A stretch of 64,000 nucleotides of DNA from Raja brachyura (Eukaryota): the NCBI GenBank assembly GCA_963514005.1, contig OY740811.1, positions 27,962,001-28,026,000 on the forward strand, in the 5' to 3' direction. Positions 26,515 to 39,671 of the stretch are shown here, piece after piece. How positions within the stretch are numbered: position 1 is the first letter of the stretch; each line of letters begins with the position of its first letter. Position numbers and translations under genes: made by a program. The notes under the pieces were generated by a model. The model saw only the letters and a program-made list of their open reading frames with translations, did no database searches and had not been told where the DNA came from.

Positions 26515-28345
26515 ACGACACAAGACTTTGCAGAAGCTAGATCTTGAGTTACAAACAAACTTCTTCAGGAGCTCAGTGGGTCAAGCGGCGTCTGTGGAGA
26601 GAAATATAAATGTTTCTGTCCATTTCCCTCCCCTTTGACTTCCACTTTCCGAGCCCCTCTCCCTCATCTTTACTATGGATGTTCAATCACTCTACACCTC
26701 CATCCCCCACCAGGAAGGCCTTAAAGCCCTCTGTTTCTTCCACAAACACAGACCCAGCTAATTTCCCTCCACTAACACTCTACTCTACCTAGCTGAGTTG
26801 GTTCTCACCCTCACCAACTTCTCTATTGGCTCCTCCCACTTCCTCCAAGTCCAAGGCGCATTTATGGGCACCCGCATGGGCCCCAGCTAAGCCTGCCTCT
26901 TTGTAGGGTACGTTGAACAATCCCTATTCCAGGCGTACACTGGCCCTATCCCCGAACTTTACAGTATCTCCGTTACATTGATGACAACATCGGTGCCTCC
27001 CCCTGCACCCCATGCTGAACTCATAGACTTCATCAACTTCACCACCAATTTTCATCCTGCACTCAAATTTACTTGGACCATCTCCGACACCTCCCTCCCC
27101 TTTCTTGATCTCATAGTCTCCATCACAAGAAACAGACTTTTGATTGATGCCTATTACAAACCCCCTGACCCCCACAACTATCTCAACTACACTTCTTCCC
27201 ACCCTGCTTTCTGCAAAGACTCTATCCCCTACTCCCAATTCCTCCGTCTACATAGCATCTGCACCCAAGATGAGGTGTTCCATATTAGAACATCCGAGAT
27301 GTCCTCATTCTTTAGGGAATGGGGCTTCCCCTCTCCCATCACAGATGAGGCCCTCACTCATGTCTCTCCTGTACCCCGCAGCTCTGCCTTTGCTCTCTCT
27401 CCCCCTAGTCGCAACAGAGACTGTTAGAGTCCCCCTAGTCCTTACCGTCCACCGCATCCGCCGTCGCATCCAACACATAATCCTCCAAAATTTCCGCCAC
27501 CTCCAACGGGATCCCACCACTAGCCACATTTTCTCATCTCCACCCCTTTCCGTCTTCCGCATAGACCGTTCCCACCGCAACTCCCTGGTTAACTCATCCC
27601 TTCCCACCCCCTCCCCAGGTATCTTCCGCTGCAACCGCAGAAGATGCACCACCTTTCGCTATATCTCCTCCCTCGACTTTGAGCAGGGACCCCAACAGTC
27701 CTTTCAGGTTAGGCAGAAGTTCACTTGCACCTCCTCCAACCTCATCTACTGTATCCGATGTTCAAGATGTGGACTCTTATACATCGGCGAGACCAAACGC
27801 AGACTGGGCGATCGTTTTGTGGAACACCTTCGCTCAGCCCGCGTGAACCAACCTGATCTCCCAGCTGCTGGACACTTTAATTCTCCTTCCCATTCCTACA
27901 CAGACCTCTCTGTCCTCGGTCTCTTCCATTGTCAGAGTGAGACTAAACGCAAATTGGAGGAACGCCATCTCATATTTTGCTTGGCAGCTTACAACCCAGT
28001 GGCATGAATATTGATTTATCTCACTTCAGGTAGCCCCGGCATTCCCTCTCTCTTTATTCCTCCCCCACCCAAGTCACACAAGCTTCTCATTTTCACCCTA
28101 CAGCTTCCAATGGCCTGTTTCCTTTATCATTGTTACTTTTTTGCATATCTTTGATTCATTGTTCTTTATCTCTCCACATCACCGTCTATATCTCTCGTTT
28201 CCCTTATCCCTAACCAGTCTGAAGAAGGGTCTCAACACGAAACATCACCCATTCCTTCGCTCCAGAGATGCTGCCTGTCCCGCTGAGTTACTGCAGCTTT
28301 TTGTGCCTCCCTCCACAGATGCTGTCTGATCTGCTGAGTTCTTCC
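26515..28345 (+). mobile_element. Penelope-like retroelement, 5'-truncated (RT C-terminus, GIY-YIG endonuclease, pLTR), with a short inverted tail fragment at its 5' side
   Basis: RT motifs ...MGTRMGPS..., LRYIDD, LPFLDL, YYKP.D.HNYL; GIY-YIG FTCTSSNLIYCIRCSRCGLLYIGETKRRLGDRFVEHL; frameshifts present; hammerhead-like core at 28219. Confidence 0.9.
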
Positions 28346-31300
28346 AGCTGTTTATTTTTTTGCTCACAGTTACAGATATGGGCATGTCATTCATTTTTCA
28401 GGCAGAGATTTGGTAAATTATTGTCTGTCAAAAGTTTATGAATATTTGGAACAGAGGTTTTTATTTTTTTCTGAAGATAAATGAATTTTTGAGAAGGGGG
28501 CAAGTGAAATGTTGGCAGGGAAAGGCAGGAGAGCAAAACTGAGGTTACTGTCAGATTAGTCATGACATTATTAAATCGAAGAGAAAGATGGAGTAGTTAA
28601 ATGGCCTACTCCTTCTGCTCCTAATTCACATATCTAAACTATCCCATTGCGGACTTCAGACTTTTTCTCTCAAGTGTCACCCTACAATGCTGGCAACTAC
28701 ATTCTGCACTCTGCAATTTTCTCTTTGCTCTACCTTTTGTTCTTGATTGTATTCATGTGTAGTACCACCTGAATTGATTGGAGAGCACGCCGACAAGATT
28801 TTTCACTTTGGTAAACATGACAATAATAAACCTAAACCTATTCATTCATTACTATTATAAAATCCGTATTTTAATTCCTGCCCATTGTGTCCAGAATAGA
28901 AATGTACACTACATGAATACAAGCACTAGATGGAGCCATGGGAATGCTGTTCCCTCTCAGTAACAGTGACTCATGGAACCAGCCTGTACACAAAACTGGG
29001 AGTGAGGCATTTTTGTTAAACTTGAGACACAGTCATTTCCTTTAAATCAATGACTAACATTGGACTCATTGTAAACACCTCCACATACATTGAACATATT
29101 AAAGGTCATTTGGTGATGCTGTAATCCAGGGAAGTAAAACCTTCAGAGACTTGATCCCGTGACAGCTAAAACATATGTGGAGCACAGAATCATCAAATTG
29201 AAAGTATCTAATAAAAAACTGTGAGTTTTACAGAAAATATATGATCATCAACCGTCAATGTTCAAAACAAGAATCCACCCATTGTTTTTATATGTAGTGT
29301 GTTTATAGTTTGTATATCCATATATCTACTGTCCATTTACAGAATGCATTCATATAAAATGGGTTAGCAAGAATAATGAGTATTTTTTATTTAATGTATT
29401 GCTTGCTTATATTTAATCTTTTAATGTAAATTATTTATATTGCCAAGTATATGCTCATACAAATTATTCTATATGTAGTTCATTTATAAAATGTATTATA
29501 TATTTCATTGATTACATTTGTTGATGCTGATATTTTGATGGCTAAGATAATAGTGGAATAACCAATAGTCTGTCCAGTAATCATTGATATCTGTCATGGT
29601 ATGGATAACGTAACTCTCACTGTACAATGATATGATCAGCTTGGATTGGGAGTGCTGCCATGATATCTTGATGGTGTTTGATGGTGATGATATTCCTCTG
29701 ACGGTGTTTGTTATGACGAGCTGCGCTCCACGCATTCTGTCTAGAGAAAGATCCTATTAAAGTTAAACCCGCTGCTCCTTCCTTCCCAACCATGCCATGC
29801 AAGAGGGTTTGATTATCTACGCTTAAGTAACTTATACCTTCATCCCCTTCCCCTCCCCCCTCCACCCTAGTCATTTAACCAGTTCCACAGTTCACCACAT
29901 TGTATTGCATTGAGATCACACCTTCCCTAGCCAACAACGGGCCTACCAGAGCACCACCCTGCCTGAGGTCATTTATGGCAGGCCCTGATTGGCCCTATTT
30001 TCTCACCTCCAGTTCTTTACCCCACCCCCTACTTTCAATCTGAAGAAGAAGAGTCCTGACCCGAAACGTCATCCATTCTTTTTCTCCAGAGATGCTGCCT
30101 GACCCGCTGAGTTTATAGAGCATTTTGTGTCTATCTTTGGTATAAACCAGCATCTATTGTTATTTGTTTCTTTATAATTAATTAAGAATGCAATCACAGT
30201 TACAATGTAGGAAAGGGGCAACAAACTGTGAACAGTAATCTTCAACAAATATCAACGTGAGGCAGATCAGATGATCTGTTTTCTTGATATTGATTCCACC
30301 AGGAAAATATGTTACCCTGTCCTGAGGGGACAAATGAAGCCTTGGTTTCGTATCTCATTTAAAGATGAGATTCAGCATTACGATTGCTGAACAGGGACTC
30401 CCATTGAAAAGTTTGCTTGAGGGTAGGCTTTGACTGTGTTGCAGCATTCTCTACAGCTGGAAGGTCTTCTGACATTCCAAAGCCTGGGCTCTGGTGTGAA
30501 AAAATGACCTGGTAAAGCAATGGACAGAGGCTAAACAAGAGACTGTCCCTTCAGAAAGAGAGGAAAACAGGAAAACAATGAACAGAAGGTAATGATCAAG
30601 AAAATCCATGAAAGGAACATGTAACATTCACCCATACAATCAATCATCTCATAAAGTGCCTTTCAGATGACGTTCATGACATGAAATGTCTTGCAGGGGT
30701 AAAACAAATGGAGAAATAGCTAATAACCTGAGATCAAAGCCGTCTTTTATGCAGATATACCATGAAACAACACCATGCAATGTCAACCATGCACCAATAA
30801 TTATTACAAGTAAGGATTTCAAAGAAGAAACCTATTGGAAACTAATCAAGGGAAAGAGTCAATCGCCGACACTCATCCTTCCAATATTTCTACTTGCTCA
30901 ATTCACTCCACTCAGACTTTTACTCACTCAATCCAACTTCCCACTCATCTACATTGCATTGTAATGACTAAGTCTGGCATTCTACACGCATAGCATAGTA
31001 TCCATTACAACTCTCCATCACTTTAATTGAGCTCAACTTCTTTCATTGAGCCAAACAATATCCTGCTCATTCAGCTCAACATCCTGGTATTGAATTTACA
31101 TGATTTACGAGGAGATGACCAGGAATTTGGCAATATTTGCTGGGAATGGATGAGACTGTGTTATTATTAATAGGGGATGACAAATCGTGTGTCAGGCATT
31201 ATCGATGGTACTCGTTGGTATGTTAGTATTTATAGGGGATGCCTGGGCCATGTAAGTGGACGTGACTGAATCTAAAGGAGGATATCTGAAACTGTGTCAA

Positions 31301-31854
31301 TATTCACAGAGTGAGAACTGCTCGGTATTTTTAGGACAATGTAAGGAGGTCCTCAGGAAATTTGCCTTTATTACATCCGGTAGATAGGTGTATAAAAACA
31401 AGCATGTTTGGACTTGACATGCTATCAAATAAAACCCTGACCTCATCCTGCTTGAAAGTCAATGTTTTGAAACGCTCCACTAATCAACAGCTGCTTGCTT
31501 GGGTGATTTGTAAAAGTGATTAGACAATGAAATGAGGCAATACATGTACCAGGGTTCCTTCTCCTCTGGCGCCCTGGTGCATGTCTTGCCTCATTTCAAA
31601 TTTCAGCAAAGATCTATTGAAATAGCACTTTGTGGCATCATGATTCACATCTTAGACTTCAAACTCGCACATGAACCTTGTTCAGCATTGATTTCAAAAC
31701 TGATAAGTCCTTTCCCCAAATTTTGCAACATTGCATTGCCACAGAATTAACTCCCAGTCCGTGTCGTTTTGTTTTATCTTTATTAGCCCAGGTCATTTTG
31801 AATCTGAATTATTTACTTCTGTTCACCTGAACCATTACCCCTTGTTTTACTGTG

Positions 31855-33795
31855 TAAGAAGGAACTGTAGATGTTGGTTTAAACCGAAGATAGACATAAA
31901 AAGCTGGAGTAACTCAGCGGGCCAGACAGCATCTCTGGACAGAAGGAATGGGTGATGTTTTGGGTCAAGACCCTTCTTCAGATTGGTTCAGATAAGGGAA
32001 AAGAGAAATATAGACGGTGATGTGGAGAGATAAAGAACAATGAATTAAAGATATGCAAAAAAGGAATGACGATAAAGGATACAGGCTCTTAAAAATAAAT
32101 AAATAAATAAATAAAAGACCACTTGCGCTAGAATGCTATTCATTGACTTCAGCTCGGCATTCAAGACGATCATCCCTCAGAAGCTGGTGGGGAAGCTCTC
32201 CCTGCTCGGGCTCAATACCCCCCTCTGCAACTGTATCCTGGACTTCTTAATACATCGACCACAGTCAGTCCGTGTTGGCAGCAACACCTGAAACACCATC
32301 ATCCTGAACACCGGAGCCCCCCAAGGCTGTGTGCTTAGTCCACTACTATTCACACTACTTACCCAGGACCGTGACGCCAAACACAACACCAACCAAATGA
32401 TCAAATTTGCAGATAACACTAGGTGGGCTTCATCAGAGACAACAATGAGACTGCCGACAGAAAGGAAGTGGCACAGCTTGTGAACTGGTGCGAAGACAAC
32501 ACATCTGCATCTGAACGTCACCAAGACCAAAGAGATGATTGTAGACTTCAGGAGAACGCAGGCTGCCCACTCCCCCCTGCTTACCAATGGCTCCATCGTG
32601 GAGAGGGTGCAAATTCCTAGGGATGCACCTCTCCTGGTTTCTCAACACTACACACCTGGCCGGGAGGGCTCAGCAGAGGCTGAACTTCCTCAGGAGGCTG
32701 AAACGAGCGAGGCTTCCCCCACCCATCATCTCTATGTTCTAAGAGGTGCCATAGAGAGCGTCATGAGCAACTGCATCGCCGTCTGGTACAGGAGCTGCAC
32801 TGCATCAGGCAGGAAGACACTGCAACGATAAGTCAGGGCAGCGGAGAACATCATTGGGGAACCTCTCCCATCCATTCTGGACATTTTCAACAAAAGATGC
32901 CTCCAATGCCTCCAAAGAGCCTCCAACAAGACTCCTCCCACCCCTCCCATGGACTCTTTGCCCCTCTGCCGTCCGGTATGAGGTACCGGAGCATCAAGGC
33001 CAGCACCACCAGGATGTGCAACTGCTTCTTCCCCCTAGCTGTTGGAATGATGAACACCCTGCTGCACACACACACCTCACCTAGAACACACTGGCACCTT
33101 ACATCAATATCAATCCTATGCACCTAGCATAACCCCGTGAGGAACGACATTTTGTTCAAATGTATTTATCGTCATGACATATACTTATATGTTCGAATGA
33201 CAAATAAATTATTATTAAAATATTAGGCCATTATAAGCTGTTTATAGGGTGAAAATGAGAAGCTAGTGTGACTTGGGTGGGTGAGGGATAGAGAGAGAGG
33301 GAATGCCGGGCTACCTGAAGTGGGAGAACCTGATCTCCTGGTTGCTGGACACTTTAATTCTCCTTCCCATTCCTACACAGACCGTTTTGTCCTCGGTCTC
33401 CTCCATTTTCAGAGTGAGCCTAAACGCAAATTGGAGGAACAGCATCTCATATTTTGCCTAGGCAGGTTACAGCCCAGTGGTATGAATATTGATTTATCTC
33501 ACTTCAGGTAGCCCCGGCATTCCCTCTCTCTCTATCTCTCCCCCACCCAAGTTGCACAAGCTTCTCATTTTCACCCTAAAAACAGCTTACAATGGCCTGT
33601 TTCCTTTATCATCATTACTTATTTTGCATATCTTTTATTCATTGTTCTTTATCTCTCCACATCACCGTCTATATGTCTCTTTTCCCTTATCCCTAACCTT
33701 TCTGAAGAAGGGTCTCGACCCAAAACATCATCATTCCTTCTTCTCAGAGATGATGCCTGGCCCGCTGAGTTACTCCAGCTTTTTGTGTCTACCCT
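31855..33795. mobile_element. Penelope-like insertion: inverted pLTR (31855-33327, minus, interrupted by a LINE) joined to a forward GIY-YIG end plus pLTR (33328-33795)
   Basis: The minus and plus halves are reverse-complement copies of the pLTR seen at 28000-28300; peptide VAGHFNSPSHSYTD...RKLEEQHLIFCLG. Confidence 0.85.
32116..33225 (+). mobile_element. Rex1/Babar-type LINE fragment nested in a Penelope pLTR
   Basis: GAPQGCVLSPLLFTLLT...IKFADNT...NVTKTKEMIVDFRR...LFAPLPSGMRYRSI; AT-rich tail. Confidence 0.8.
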
Positions 33796-36700
33796 TGTTT
33801 TACTGCTCGCAAAGCTCACAGGCCTATTATGTAACTACAGCATATTCAGATTTTTTTATTTTTAGGTGTTGTGTTTCTTAATCTGTTGCCTGCATCTTTG
33901 GGCTAAATTGAACCTATCCCTCTGTGAACAATACAGAGTGCCCTCGTTTACAGGCTGAGTTAAGTAAATGGAATGCAACTCTGGCACGTGTCAGTGCCAG
34001 ATCCTCCCAGCTGTCAGCAGGACATTGTGCAGTTCTTTAATCATGATAGTTCCGTCATAAATTTCAAAGTCTGCCCCGAGGGAGAATAATTATTGCTCCA
34101 CTCTGTGATAAGGTTTATGCTTTTGCTGGCACCTCTTTTGCTTTGCGATTGTGCCACCTTCACCAAGAAGATGACAAAAGTACACAGCAGAACTGAATTA
34201 ACCGTTTTATGACTTCAAAGTTATGGCACAACTTCCAATGTCCAGATACTTCTGCTTGGAGATACTGAATCTACAGGTTCCCTTTTGCACAGTACAAAGT
34301 TCACAACTATCTCATATTCAGATAAGCATGGAGGAAGAGTGGGTGGATGCAACAAGTGCAGACAGGGAAAGAGACAGGAGGACTACGAAGGGGAAGCATA
34401 GGGAGAAAAATAAGGAATTATGGAATTGGGATAGGAGGCAAAGAAAGGGGCGCTGCCAAAGGCCATGGGATAAGGAAGAGCGCAAAGAAAGTAAGGTGAT
34501 ATTAGCGTGGGAAAGAAATGAAGGGAATCAAGAAAGTCCTAAGGATAGTGTCACGAGGATATTGAAATTGTAATTTGGATAGAGGGGAGATCATAGAAAG
34601 CCAAGGTTGGGTAAAGCATAGTCCAAAAGTTATCAAAGGAGAAGAAAGTTCAGAAAATCTCTTACATTCAGCTTTCGATAAATGGAAAACAAACAGAAAT
34701 GAAATAATGAAAGAGTGAAGAAAGTAGTGAGGAAGGGCGTGTGATCTAAATGTTGCTCTTGCTCTTACACTCATGAGGAGTAAGGAACAAAATGAATTGA
34801 TTGCAAGGACCAATTTAGGGAGGGGGGGGTGGGTGACTGTCACTGGAGCCTTCACTGAGGCATACCAGCAGGATTGCCAGAACCTGGAGCTAAATATAGG
34901 TGCAGGAGTAGGCCATTCGGCCCTTCGAGCCAATACTGCAGGAAATATAAGGAAAATAGTAAAAGGACAGGAGTGGCCTTATTGATTGATGTTGGAATTT
35001 TTTCAACCATGAGGGGATTTAACATGAGGTGAGCAGATAGTGACGACTTTATGGATAAGAGTAAGGGAAAAAAGATTTAAAGTTTCATTGGGAATTGTGT
35101 TTGGCAGCATGAATACAGATGTGAAATGGTGGTGTGTACAAATGCAAACATCAGACAAGCATATTGTTTTAATGGTAGATTTTAACTTCTATGAAAATTA
35201 AGCTTTAAGTTCACGTTTGGATGGAACTAACAAGAGGTCAATCCATATTGGATTTAGTTATGAGCCAAATTTAGTAACAGCCTAACAATGCATAAACATT
35301 TCTCAACAGTGGTCATAATATTATTAACTTTAATGCAATGTTCAAAAAGGAGAAATTTGCTATGCAGTTGTTATGGATATTTATTTAGGTAAGATTGACA
35401 TCCTCCTTGTAAATCAAAGACTGTCCATGTTAAACTAGCAAATCTGTCTATAAGTAAAACGACAAGTGACAAATGGAAATATATAAAAATAGATAAAATG
35501 TAAAACAAAGTCAATTTACAACACCAGGGCCATTCAACTTTCCAGAAAAATAAGCCACCGCTGACCAAAACAGTAAATCATCATAAAACAAAAAGAGAAG
35601 GCAAAAGTTATCAAAGATCCTAATGATTGGGAAATATACAAAGACCAATGAAAGGTGACAGCACAAATAATAGGAGCTCATGATAAAAAACTCACAAGGG
35701 ATAGGGAATCCAATTCAAAAATATTTACAGTTGTATTTGGAAAAAGGGGATGATTTGTAGTAAATGAGCCCCTTAAATGTAAATAGCGAAAATTAGTTAC
35801 AACAGAGAAAGAGGACATGATAACCTAGCATCCAGATGAAATGAAATAGGAATAGGAATAGGAACACTTTGTCAGATGTGGCTAGGCACAGTGAGATTAT
35901 TTGCTTGCATACACAATGTATACAAATAGCAGCCACCTACGGTGCTGACAAAGTTACAAAGCACGCCGGCTCTGCCTTTTGTCCCCCCCACAACAGTTCC
36001 CCCACAACAGTTCCCCCACGGCGGGTCCCCTTTGTTCTTTGCCCCCCCCCCCCATTGTCCATTGTTCTCCCCCCGCCTCCCTCACGACAGTCACAGTCTC
36101 CCCACGCTGGGTCTTCTATTGTTCTTCCCCTCTCTCCTCACGATAGTCCTCCGCGCTCTCATCGACCGTCGACCATTAAATACTAAATGAGGCATCATAA
36201 CCTGCCAAAACTAACAAAAATAAAATAATGACTAAAGAATTACCAATCCTTAAGACCAGGGTTTTTTTTCCATTACAGGGATTTAGGGGAGGTTGATGAG
36301 AATGTTGAATGTTAGGTGCCCTAACGATACCTTGTAAAGTCTCCTTGATTTGGAGAATGCACCATTACTTTGGAAAAATGTGCATGTCTATTTGCTATTT
36401 AAAATAAATGAGAGAAAAACTTGTTACCTTAACATTGAATGTCAAAAAATTACCAGAGACCTTTTGAGTTTCAGCAGTTTTCCCTATTAATGTGCTGTGA
36501 ATTCTCACAGTTCTGGGCAAGCAGTCTGTGCAAGGTTTTATGGGGATACACCACTGTACAAGCAAAGGTACTCCAATTATTGGGAAGCTTTGCGACAGAT
36601 AGGTGAATAGATACGAGGGTTGGGAGGGGACTCTCTAATAATCAAAATAACCTGGACTGGCTAGTGAAGACCAGCCGGTAGAGACTACAGGAGACATTTT

Positions 36701-37476
36701 TTTGCAAGGGAGTCTCTCTCCTTGAACATGGTGTGAGCGGACCTCCCTACATGATGCAATGAGTAGAAAACTATGAAATGTGGCAGAGTTTAGCAGGTAG
36801 CCAACAGTGGTCATGTGACCAGTAAGCTGGGACTGACCATACTCTGATCTACCTCTGCCAAGGTGCTCATGTGAGATTGTGTTTGAAGTCACGGGACATC
36901 ACAATTCTAAGAGAGGAGAAAGAATGGAGTTTGAGCTTTCCTCTTTAAACAGCATAATTTTTTTGGAAAATGGGTCAGAAAAATTGAGTTGTATTGTGAA
37001 TAAATAAGCACTGCTATTGATATATCAACTATTGATATAATTTGGGGGAGTTCTACAACAGAAAACACTACTTGTGCGAATAAAAATCTCAACAAAGGTT
37101 AAGGAAAAAATCTCCTAACTTGCACTCTGAAATAGGAAAAGTGCACATATTTACTAAACAACAGATGAATTAATTTTCAACAGCACAGCATTTTTTTTCA
37201 GCTAAGTGAACAAATGTCAAATAAGTGCTTCGAGGAAGCACAGATGAACCATTGCACACCCAGACTTTGGCTCCTCAGTCATCTGATGAAGCACCAAACC
37301 TGATGAACATGTTGAATTCTGAGAGACAGCAGTGAATGCTGCCTGGAAATGTAGCCTGGAATCCAAAGTTTAAATTCAGAGTAATTATTCAAACTTGAAT
37401 TGAAGTCAATAGAATTTAGAAGGTTGACGCATAATTTGATTCAGGATTTTGAGGTATTAAACCAACTGATCAGGTA

Positions 37477-37523
37477 GATAGGACAAACTATTTCTGCTGG
37501 ATAGGACAAACTATTTCTGCTGG
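37477..37523 (+). repeat. 23-bp tandem duplication GATAGGACAAACTATTTCTGCTG
   Basis: Read directly. Confidence 0.9.
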
Positions 37524-38325
37524 GTTATGGAGAGAAAAACGAGCCTGCTGGAGGCGAGGGGAAAGAAAGTTAAAGGTGTCAGGGTTGGATTGTGGAGGAA
37601 TAGGACATGATATGGAGATATAAAGAAAGAGAGGCAAGTGGAGCTTCAGACAGAGCGAGGTCTGAGGAATAGCATGGAGGGGAATGAGAATAGGTTAGTG
37701 GAGGATGGAAGAGGAGGAGGCATAGGAAGTTGAGAAATTGAGAGAAACTTAAATGCAGAGACAAGAAGGGGGAGGGAGATGTTGCGATGGGAAGAGGAGG
37801 GAGGGTTTGGGGAGAAGTTAACAGAATGCAAGTTTGGAGAAGGGAGGGAAGGAAAGGCCAGGGGAGTGGTGGGAAAGGAAGAGAGGGAATGTCCTTGCAA
37901 GTCAGTAACATTACCAGATGCTTGATTACAAGTTCTGCAGTTTCCGTTTTCAACTGAGATATTGGTGGAGGCTTTCTGCCTGCATCGCTGTTTGTGTTTG
38001 AAAGTATTAAAGTATTATTCTATCAAGGAGCACATCATAGTGAAGCCTGATCCTACCCTCAGTGACATAAATCCAAATACAAGCAGACACATACATATGT
38101 GTGAATTCATGAACACTGATTCTTTTTTCAATTCCAGTCAAAAAGCACTAAGATCACTTAGACTGTCCATTTGGCAGTCTTGCAGAGATTATATCACATA
38201 CCTATAATGGGTGACCGATTTAAAGTGCTCCAGTCAGTGAAGTGGAGCAAACTTATTGTCATTGTGAGCTATAAACTCTTAAGTGTATGTTGAGCATGAT
38301 TAAGCAGAAGAGCATTTAGATATTA

Positions 38326-39588
38326 CCAGACCAAGTGCGGACCTGTTGGGCCCGCCCCCCAAGGCAATATTCCCCCACTCACCCATAGCCCCCAACTGCG
38401 CAGGCGCGGCTGATGGGTTCCATTTGTGACGCCAGAGATCCCCGTTGTAACGCAAGTCACGGCAACCCTCCCCCTACTGCACGGCCTGCAAGCGTGACTG
38501 CGACGTTTTAAAAGTTCAAAATGGCAATAACCTGTAAAATATAAGATCAATGTGAATGGATCTCACTCTTCCTCATCTATTCCGCTCCTCCATTATCCTC
38601 CCTCTCCCCACCCTCCACTAACCCTCCTCTGCTTCCTCCCCTCACCTCCTCCCTCCCCTCAACCCTCCCTACCTCTTCCCCCTCCCCTCCTCCATTACCT
38701 CACCATCCCTCTTTCTATCCTTATCCTCCTCCATTCCCTCATCCCCCAGCACCCCCCCTCTTCACCCTCCCTCTTCTTTCCCTCTCCTCCTCCCCACTCC
38801 CTCCCTCACCTCTCCATCCCATTCTTTTCCCCTACCCTCAGTCACTCCCTCCCTCCATAACCCCTCTCCCCTTCGTAGCCGCCTCCTCTCCCTCTATCCT
38901 CCTGACCTCCCATCCCCCATTCTCCCGCCTCACCTCCCCCACTGCGCTCCTCTCCCTCTATCCCCCACCTCCTCACCTCACCCACTTTCCACTTCCTCTC
39001 CCTCTCTACCCCCTCCTCTCCCTCTATCCCCCTGCTCCTCCACTCCTCACCTTCCCCCACAATGAAAATCGCAATTTTAAAAAAATGAAACCTCCCCCTT
39101 ATCCCACCCCTCCACAATGAAAATCACGATGTTTTTAAAAAAATGAAATTCCCAATGAAAATCACGATTTTTATTTAATACAACCTAAAGACAATGTTAG
39201 CTGTTAATGAAAATTGAAGAATTTGATTAAAAGGGATTTTTTTTTAGAATAAAATCAATGTCAATGAAAATCTCGATTAAAAAAAAAGATATTTGGGATC
39301 CCATTGTAACGTCATTGTGCCGTCAAACGTGGCTGACGGGCCGGGCAAATGGAAAAATAGTTTTGTAAAGTGATTTTTGTAAAGTTTAACATGAGAATGA
39401 CTTGTATAATATACCATCAATTTGAACAAAACTTCTTTCATTTACATCGCAGGACAAAGGTGGGTCAAAAATTGTAGTGCTATCGTGTACCATTTTGGTG
39501 GAGGTTCAAGAACACGTGCACACGCATGGACGCATGCACGCATATATATAAAGAAACAAACAAGATGAGAGTTTTAGTAATATATAGA
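38326..39588 (-). mobile_element. Non-autonomous Helitron
   Basis: Starts A|TCTATATATTACTAAAACTCTCATCTTG, ends with a GC hairpin (GGGCCCAACAGGTCC) then CTGG|T; inserted at A|T with no TSD; long internal purine/pyrimidine-skewed tract. Confidence 0.75.
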
Positions 39589-39671
39589 TAACCTCCCCTA
39601 ATTACCTTTGAAGGACAGTTGAGTGTTTTTATGCAGGAAAACACTCTAAGTGTTATGAAGAGAAGTTCCAT

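Noticed and set aside
38552-39117. Pro/Ser-rich and Gly/Glu-rich ORFs
   Set aside because: Low-complexity CT tract inside the Helitron; the same applies to 13320-13749 and the GA tract at 37579-37953.
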